The position numbers and the translations under genes are program-made. Below, piece by piece: positions 57,164 to 64,000 of a DNA stretch of 64,000 nucleotides (positions are counted from its first letter, which is position 1; every line of letters starts with the position of its first letter). Source of the stretch: Schizochytrium sp. TIO01 (Eukaryota > Protista > Bigyra: Labyrinthulomycetes). The notes beneath the pieces were generated by a model. The model was given only the letters and a program-made list of their open reading frames with translations, did not search any database and was not told the origin of the DNA. The stretch is from assembly GCA_004764695.1 (NCBI GenBank), contig SMSO01000033.1, positions 434,001 to 498,000 on the forward strand. The letters run 5' to 3'.

Positions 57164-58287
57164 TCAAATGGTAAAGGGTCTTGTTTCTGGCCATTTCCAG
57201 CCACAGAAAGTACACCATAGTTGCAGAGGAGCTAGTTCTGTGCGCAAGGCCTCAGCCATGGATTTCTTCTTATTTAGTAACTCAGTTGCAGCTGTAAGTT
57301 CATCATAGCCACTTTTAGTATCTCGCCAACGCCGCGTAAAGTAGCGAACCTGATTTGCATCATGTTCAATTTCTTCAGTGAGCATTCTTAAGCGGCCTCG
57401 TTTGTCATTTTGTACAGCTTCAGAATCCAGTGCCGAGCGTCCATTGTTAAGTTTACTAACGTCTGTTCATGTGTGTTGATAAATCTCATACATGTTAGGC
57501 TTTGTTGCACAGAAAAAATAAATATAAAAAAAATCGAGTAGTATGCATGAAGAGTTTGAAATTAAAACTTACGTCCGCATTCCCCACATAGAAGATAATC
57601 GCACATGACAAGAGTCAAGGGGATAGTCTCATCTTCGCAACGGTCTTGGCCCCATATTAGTGTCACCTTTCCAGCTTCAATTTCATTATAAGGAACAATC
57701 ATTACCTGCGGGGATGAGCCAGCCACAGGTTGTGCAGCATGGAAGTCGGTTTCAACTTCGCCTTCGCTCAAAGTTCTGAGTTTGACTGTGTGCAACGTCA
57801 ATGATTTTTTGAGATAGTCAATTCTTGTCACTAACCCTACAAAAAGTTGCTTATTCTTCCACAGCTTAACAAGGTTCCCAATAGCGATGACATCTCCTGA
57901 CGCAAGTTGTAGCCAGTCCGGTGTTCTTGGGCGCCCACATGCACAGCAGTCAAAGTTTCCTGATTTGTTCGAAGTTTCACATAGCCAACATTTCCACTTT
58001 GTAGGATCTTTGGATTTCTTCTGACGTTCTCCAAATAGCCTTGGATTCATGATAGAAGTCTCAAATACATCTGGTGGTACTAGCAAACCACAAAAGGGTC
58101 TAGACGTGAGCGGTCTGTCAACGTCTGTGCACGGAAATGGTCTTGGTTTATCATATTGCGGGGTATTAGTCTCTCGTCGAGCGGTCTTTTGCGAGAGCAT
58201 CTTTCTTTGCTGTTGCTGACGCTGTTCGTTTACAAGCACATTTCGACGAGACGAGGCTTCTTTCTTCAGGCCCACGACTGGAGCCAT
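57164..58287 (-). CDS. RanBP2-type zinc-finger protein; exons 58287-57573 and 57462-57164
   Basis: WKCWLCETSNKSGNFDCCACGRPR finger. Phase-1 intron 57572-57463 (GTAAGT...AACAG) joins CGECG-H-VSKLNN... in frame with ORF 57385-57164. Confidence 0.78.
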
Positions 58288-58747
58288 GATATCCCCTTCT
58301 GGTGGTTCCTCCTGTCAAGAGCTTAGAGGATACACAACCACCGTGCGACTGCTTTCGCTGTTTATCTTGTTTGTCTGATAATCTAGTTCTTCTTGACTGG
58401 CATGATTAAATTACTTCATAAAATGAAATAGTTGCGAATACTGAAATTAAAAAAGGAAAAGGGAAAAGAGGCCGTTGAGAGACACCTGGATTGAGTCTTG
58501 GTCAGTGCACACCTTCACACTAGAACGGAACGCAAATCGAGACTCCTCGCGCCCGCGTCTAAGCCACGAAGGTGAGGACCATGTGGACCTCGCGTGCGGC
58601 AACTGCCCTTCTTGTTTTCAAGACCAACAACCAAAAGAAGAAGAAGAAGAAGAAGAGAAAGCAGAAGAAGTTATCAATTTACCAGGACACAAAGCTTTCT
58701 TGACTTGTGAATAAATTAGATGGAAAAATCAGCATTGGAAGAGTACT

Positions 58748-61486
58748 ATGAAGCCTCACCCACCTTATGCTTTGCGTAAAGATCGAAGCAGATTTTTGGG
58801 ACGTAGCTTAAGTAGCCGGAGCGAGCAGATTTTGGCGATTGCAAAAGAAAGCGAAGTCCCAGAAGTCAGACCTGAGGCAGCTCTTGAAGATGCTCTGATA
58901 GATATTGAAAATCGTGGTACGAAAGCCTTCTGCACCCCTCGCGACGCCTGCAGTGATTCTCAACAGCAAACAATAGATATTGGCGACAAACAGCCGGATG
59001 ATGCGTCCACTTTCTTATGTTTAGGTAACCAGAAAGTTTTCTGGGCCTGCAGCATAACTCAATGCATCGGCGTTGTTCAATCACCCCAAGGTACTTTTGG
59101 ATTTTTACGTAAGACTTGGGCCAAAAATATCGGCGTACCTATTGCAATTGATGCAAACACAGATCAAGAGGTTTTTGCTATTTGTAGTGATGTTGATGAT
59201 AGCCTCTTTCACATGGATCCAATGCGAGAGCATTTTTCACTCCATCGGGAGTCCAAAGGCAAACTGATAATGGTCCGACAAAACTCTCAAGTGTGTGTTT
59301 TATTGTCGAGACTAGTCGCCCCAAGAGCAGTCGGTGTTTGCCCTCGGACTGGAAACCTTCATGTCTTAGACTTTTCTTCTCCTACTTCAGATGTCATGCA
59401 TATACTCATGATCCCAGGATACAGAATTCGCCAAGCATTACCAGGACATAACCCATATTTTAGAAAGTATATCTCAGTAGTGCAGGGAAACATCGAAAGC
59501 ACGGCAATTGCAATGCGCGTGCTGGATGATGGGCGAGTCATGATCGCACATCACCGAGGGAAGCTTCAAGTATTTGACTTTGTCAAGAGATCAATCGATT
59601 TGTCTTTCGATAGTCACATGTCACGATTAGATCCTGGATGTCTTCAGAAGCTACCATATAAGAAGACACTATTTCCGACATGGGAAAACCACTCTGGGGT
59701 AGTTCTAAGTTCTGTACATGACACAAAACTTGGGGCATCAGCTTGTGCAATATTGCTGCAAAATATTACATTTAATGATCGTACGGGCGATCCTCTTAAT
59801 TTAGGAAATGAGTGTGCTTGTATTCAGGGTCCCTGGCGCTTGGAGATTAACAACCTTCCGACTCGGGCGCTATGTGTACTCCCAGATAAAACACGATTTC
59901 AAGGGTTGCTCCTTCAGCGGGATGGAACTGTGGCTTCAACCCAAATTTATTGTCCTGATTCGGTTGAAGAGCCTCTTCACATAACAGAATCTGAGATAGA
60001 GTGTATGCGTGACATCTCGTCGGATAAACCCTCTGAAGAGATAGAAAGTGAGACTACTACGATACAAAATCTAGAGGGTACTTCCCCAAGCTCAACAAGA
60101 CCTAAACGTGAACGCAGCGGCCCTTTTCACGTTATCGTTCGAGTTGAGTCACGTTGTCCACCCCAAGCTCATGCTAATGCGCACTTGACTTCAAATGAAC
60201 GTGTTGTTGTGAACGAAGGGGGGAGGTTTAATTTTGAAAAGAAGCTTCTGCGCCCACACAAAGATGGTTCAGCTCGTACGTTCAATAAATTTACACAGCA
60301 CTTTCTTGGCAAAATATTGAGTCCTCATATTGGGTTTATATGCATCGGTTCGTCTGCTATGGCCGAAAAATCTTTTGAGGTAGCACTGCAAATAGCAGGT
60401 TTGGTACTCAGCGCTGCATTTGAGCAGCTTGTCTGTGTCAATCTTAAAGTTGAATCTTTGCGAGAAAGTGATGGTTCGTGGTACGAGGAAACCTTCACGT
60501 GTGATGACCCAATTGATGTACAAAATATTCAAGCCTATGTTCGGGGTTCTGGAAGCTCGGATGTCCTGAGGAAGTATTCAATAGGGTATGGAAAACGGCA
60601 CTTTGAAATATATGAGTTGTGCTCTGAGGTTGCTGAAACGACTGCAATGAGCTGGATCGACACAGTCATTACTGGGAGATCGAACTCTATGGCTAGCGAA
60701 TCCTGTGTTTCAATGTCTATTCGTAATGCTTTGGCCAATATTTTAACAGGATCAATGCCTGTTGCCTTATTAGCATCAATTCAGGTTTGTGAATCGAAGA
60801 GTCGTCTAGACGCAATTTTATCGCATGTAGCAATGGCTGCCCAGATTCCATGGAAGCAACCCTTCGAAGCGCGTCGACGCTCTTCTAACCACGAGTTTGC
60901 GAAAAATGCTCAAGACAATGGCGCGTTTACAAGTTCGCAAAGACCGAAGACTGCATCTGTGCCAGTCCGCGGTCATCAGGCCACTAGACGATTGCCCAGC
61001 CCTTCCGGTAAGCTTGAGCGTAAAACTTTAAATCTCGAAGCTTTGGTATGGTTACAAGAAGCGTGGTTTCGTAACGAGGATCGCACAAAGCTCGTGTTGC
61101 GAGCAGTTTTTGCATTACATGATGTCACTGCTCAAGGTTGGCTTAATGGTATACATATTGTGCGTCTTATGAGTCACTGGCTTCAGTATAAGGTGGTGTT
61201 TTTTGACGAAGTAGGGAAAAATCATTTGCATATCCTAAATCGTTTCCCGGAGAGATATAAACTGTATTTACACGAGTGGGAGCAATTCATGTTCTGGTTT
61301 GCAAAAGTGAATCCAGAGAAACTTCTCGCAGTGGTTCAAGGGACGACTTGGCTTCACCAGAGTTTAGCACTCGAGCCGGACATGGAAGAACGCGCTTCTA
61401 CATACAGAGCCATTGAAAGGGAGCGCATCCAGGGGGTAGATCGGATGCATTCATTTTGGAAATTTGTACATCGTGAGCGTGTTTAA
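58748..61486 (+). CDS. Hypothetical protein: beta-propeller-like N-terminus, degenerate kinesin-motor-like region, EF-hand-like C-terminus
   Basis: 912-aa ATG-started ORF. Domain calls are by-eye resemblance only. Confidence 0.7.
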   Translation: MKPHPPYALRKDRSRFLGRSLSSRSEQILAIAKESEVPEVRPEAALEDALIDIENRGTKAFCTPRDACSDSQQQTIDIGDKQPDDASTFLCLGNQKVFWACSITQCIGVVQSPQGTFGFLRKTWAKNIGVPIAIDANTDQEVFAICSDVDDSLFHMDPMREHFSLHRESKGKLIMVRQNSQVCVLLSRLVAPRAVGVCPRTGNLHVLDFSSPTSDVMHILMIPGYRIRQALPGHNPYFRKYISVVQGNIESTAIAMRVLDDGRVMIAHHRGKLQVFDFVKRSIDLSFDSHMSRLDPGCLQKLPYKKTLFPTWENHSGVVLSSVHDTKLGASACAILLQNITFNDRTGDPLNLGNECACIQGPWRLEINNLPTRALCVLPDKTRFQGLLLQRDGTVASTQIYCPDSVEEPLHITESEIECMRDISSDKPSEEIESETTTIQNLEGTSPSSTRPKRERSGPFHVIVRVESRCPPQAHANAHLTSNERVVVNEGGRFNFEKKLLRPHKDGSARTFNKFTQHFLGKILSPHIGFICIGSSAMAEKSFEVALQIAGLVLSAAFEQLVCVNLKVESLRESDGSWYEETFTCDDPIDVQNIQAYVRGSGSSDVLRKYSIGYGKRHFEIYELCSEVAETTAMSWIDTVITGRSNSMASESCVSMSIRNALANILTGSMPVALLASIQVCESKSRLDAILSHVAMAAQIPWKQPFEARRRSSNHEFAKNAQDNGAFTSSQRPKTASVPVRGHQATRRLPSPSGKLERKTLNLEALVWLQEAWFRNEDRTKLVLRAVFALHDVTAQGWLNGIHIVRLMSHWLQYKVVFFDEVGKNHLHILNRFPERYKLYLHEWEQFMFWFAKVNPEKLLAVVQGTTWLHQSLALEPDMEERASTYRAIERERIQGVDRMHSFWKFVHRERV

Positions 61487-62119
61487 CAAAGTCACAATCT
61501 ATCGAAAGCCCCCCTTCATTTTGAAACATAGCTCCAATTCTTTTGCTTTCCACAAGAGTCAGAGTTTCGCATCATTACTCTTATACGTTTGATAAGTAAA
61601 ACGCATTTAAAAATAGCAGCAAGCGCGCCCACATTATTCTATAAAGTTGAAAAATATATATGCAATTTTCTAGTGTAAAGTAATTATCCAGGCTACGAGG
61701 CCAGGTACAAAATATTTAAAGCTTAAGGCTAAGGCTTAAAGTTTCTGTTTCATGATTGTACCTTTCGCACTTCTGTTTATTTCGAGAACTTCATGTGTTG
61801 ATCGGAGCAAGGGAGAGTCGAAAAAGCTTAAGCAGCCAAAGTGTTGACAGTCAACAATATTTCATTAGTGCACTCAAATTACAAAAACGGGTGAATTCCT
61901 GGGGCAAAGTATATAGTTCGCAGCCTGGTGTCCTCGTCATAACTTTACAGGAATCCGAGAGATTTTAGATACAGCAAAACCCCTTTAGTTATATGAGTGG
62001 CTTTTGCTTAGTTTGATTTAGAAAGGCTACGGTAAGATTGCCAAGAAAAGAAGGAGTTTAGTCACCATTGACAGGGTTTTCTCTGAATACCGGCAAAAAG
62101 GGCGATCTCATTTGGTCCT

Positions 62120-63994
62120 TTAAACAGTATTAAGCACGGGCGCAGAGGCCGCAGAGCTCGCACGCTGTATCTGATCACTCAGGATGGACATATCCTCGGT
62201 TTCATCAGTTCTCATCTCATCGGTCTGGGAAAAAACATTGGGCGTATCAGGGTGGGAGTCGATGTCGCTCGAAGGAAGCGATGTAAACATAGAGCGGAAG
62301 AAACTACTACGAGACGATCGGCGCAACCCATTAGGAGATCCTAGTTCGACCTCACTGGCAGATTGGGGACGTGGAGGGTTGAGTTGCTCAACACGAGCCC
62401 GCATCGTAAGTTCTTGCAAGTTCTGCGAGAAACGGCCCTTGCGATTGAGTAATTCAACCCACTGCTCCATTTCCTGACGCGAGTCAGCGCGCAGCTTGAT
62501 GGTGCGGTGTTGACCAAGTTCAAAATTGCCAGTGCGACGAGAGAGTCGAGCGCTCTTGACATTAAGACGTTCATCCCACATGTAGAGTTCAAACCAGAAG
62601 TTGCGTGTGCGAGTTTGCCGCGAATGAGTGGCAGATGTTGGCGAGCTAGCGCGAAAGAATAAAGACGCAGCAGATTTTCGAGAAATCAGCTTTCGTCCCG
62701 AATCAGCTGTTTGTGGGGAATCATCTCCACTAGAGTACACATCGGATGATAGGGCTGTCGCACCGATTCCAGCAGTAAGAATACGTGTTGGTAAAGAAAT
62801 GGGCCTTGACAAGGTGGGTGCTTCTGCCGGCGGTGAGTTGATTTGCAGATGGGTGTGAAAAGACGCGGGGAAAGTGGAGGGCGCGGAACCAGCGCTGTTC
62901 GGGCACTCTGAAGAAGTGCGCGATATAAGCGTCTTGCGGGACCGTGAGGATTTACGTACAGGAACATCGAAGCACGTGCGAATAAGAACATTTTCGAGCG
63001 GAATAAATCCTTGCGGGTCGACATCCTCAGAGTGTTTAAAGTACCATAACGTACTCTCGCTGAGGATAAACCAACGAGGACGCCACTTGGAGAGTCGGGA
63101 TGGCCCCTTTTTTTGGAGCCAGCCGCTCTTGTCGGGGTGAGTGAAGAGGTTACCAGCGACTTCATCGCGGTCAACTTTATGACGCATTTGATGCCTGAGA
63201 ATTCGGTCATAAAGCGCACCAAGTTCGTCTTGTGGAAGGTCCTTGCCATCATCCAAACCACGTAAGTTTGAGATAAACTCTCTTCGAAGCATCTTTCGTG
63301 GATTGTTGGGGTTATGAAGATCTACATTGAGTAATATAATTGAGTACGCCAAAAGGAAAGTAGTACCAGGTAAGAACATGGCACTGGGATTGGCTTCCTC
63401 GCCAACCATGCTATTATCCTCATTGAATTTGTCAGCAAAGGTTTCTACAATGCGCTCAATCTTTTGACTTTCACCAGGGGGCTTAAAACTCTCAAACACA
63501 CTGCGGAGGGCACGTTCAAGACCCTTGATTGTAGGGCCATAAACCGAGAGATCAAATTGCACGAAGAAATTCTTCAAAATAAGAATATGTTGTGGACTTT
63601 CCCCACCAAGGACTTTGCCGATCTGTTCTTTGTTGAGTCCACGCGTGTGCTTAAGAAATATAGCAACTCGACGTGCGTTGCCGGAATCGTCTCCCTGAAC
63701 TTTATGTACAAGTCCATTATCTTGAATGAATTCGACACCCCGTTTTGGGTTGAGGTTGAAGATGCGAATACCACGGCTTAACAGCTGCATCATGGCGGAG
63801 TCTGTTTCAAAACCAGTTTTCATACTGCTGCTCGATTCCGTAGGGGTAAACTCGCCCTCAGTGGACTCACTAAAGCCTGAAGCGAGAGTTACTGTTGACT
63901 CACATGTGCGAATAGATGCCAGGTCTGTCTCAGCACGTGGTACTGTGGTTTGCTTAGATGATTGCTGCTGTTGATTAATAATTTTGATTTGCAT
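62120..63994 (-). CDS. Cytohesin-like ARF guanine-nucleotide exchange factor (Sec7 + PH); 5' end may lie beyond the window
   Basis: Sec7 motifs FNLNPKRGV, FKPPGESQKIERI and SIILLNVDLHNP. PH motifs KSGWLQKKG...WRPRWFIL and EMEQWVELL. Confidence 0.9.
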   Translation of the reverse strand: MQIKIINQQQQSSKQTTVPRAETDLASIRTCESTVTLASGFSESTEGEFTPTESSSSMKTGFETDSAMMQLLSRGIRIFNLNPKRGVEFIQDNGLVHKVQGDDSGNARRVAIFLKHTRGLNKEQIGKVLGGESPQHILILKNFFVQFDLSVYGPTIKGLERALRSVFESFKPPGESQKIERIVETFADKFNEDNSMVGEEANPSAMFLPGTTFLLAYSIILLNVDLHNPNNPRKMLRREFISNLRGLDDGKDLPQDELGALYDRILRHQMRHKVDRDEVAGNLFTHPDKSGWLQKKGPSRLSKWRPRWFILSESTLWYFKHSEDVDPQGFIPLENVLIRTCFDVPVRKSSRSRKTLISRTSSECPNSAGSAPSTFPASFHTHLQINSPPAEAPTLSRPISLPTRILTAGIGATALSSDVYSSGDDSPQTADSGRKLISRKSAASLFFRASSPTSATHSRQTRTRNFWFELYMWDERLNVKSARLSRRTGNFELGQHRTIKLRADSRQEMEQWVELLNRKGRFSQNLQELTMRARVEQLNPPRPQSASEVELGSPNGLRRSSRSSFFRSMFTSLPSSDIDSHPDTPNVFSQTDEMRTDETEDMSILSDQIQRASSAASAPVLNTV

Positions 63995-64000
63995 ATTTTT

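Noticed and set aside
3762-61486. A 'ciliary gene cluster' (PAM, PKD2-like, NPHP4, pseudo-kinesin)
   Set aside because: The genes are spread over 58 kb among housekeeping genes. Ciliary genes are numerous enough for this to be chance.

Overview
Gene-dense, intron-poor eukaryotic DNA. It is most likely from a flagellated stramenopile protist such as a thraustochytrid/labyrinthulomycete; this is inferred from gene content, rare short GT-AG introns and GAAA/CTTT microsatellites, and is not verified. About 20 protein-coding genes are present: a DED1/DDX3-type helicase, a complete bifunctional PAM (PHM+PAL), a PKD2-like channel with a large Cys-rich/LNR loop, a CABIN1-like protein, ankyrin, PqiA-domain, BMT5-like, FAM32A-like, mL59, C2H2+TPR, an ER membrane protein, two divergent MFS paralogues (one frameshifted), a WDR76-like WD40, MICU, NPHP4 with EF-hands, a RanBP2-finger protein, a possible pseudo-kinesin and a cytohesin. 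No rRNA, tRNA, CRISPR array or intact transposon was seen. The most interesting signal is non-coding. The interval ~12716-13221 is densely structured on the + strand and holds a G-CTAACCT-GA motif (a template for TTAGG repeats) enclosed by a 9-bp helix together with a possible pseudoknot, followed by branched stems and an H/ACA-like end. It is proposed as a candidate telomerase RNA, from manual folding only. Also notable are a type-II-topology PAM next to a channel carrying a Gly-dibasic amidation-like site, and a ~0.9-kb decayed protein-coding repeat present twice.
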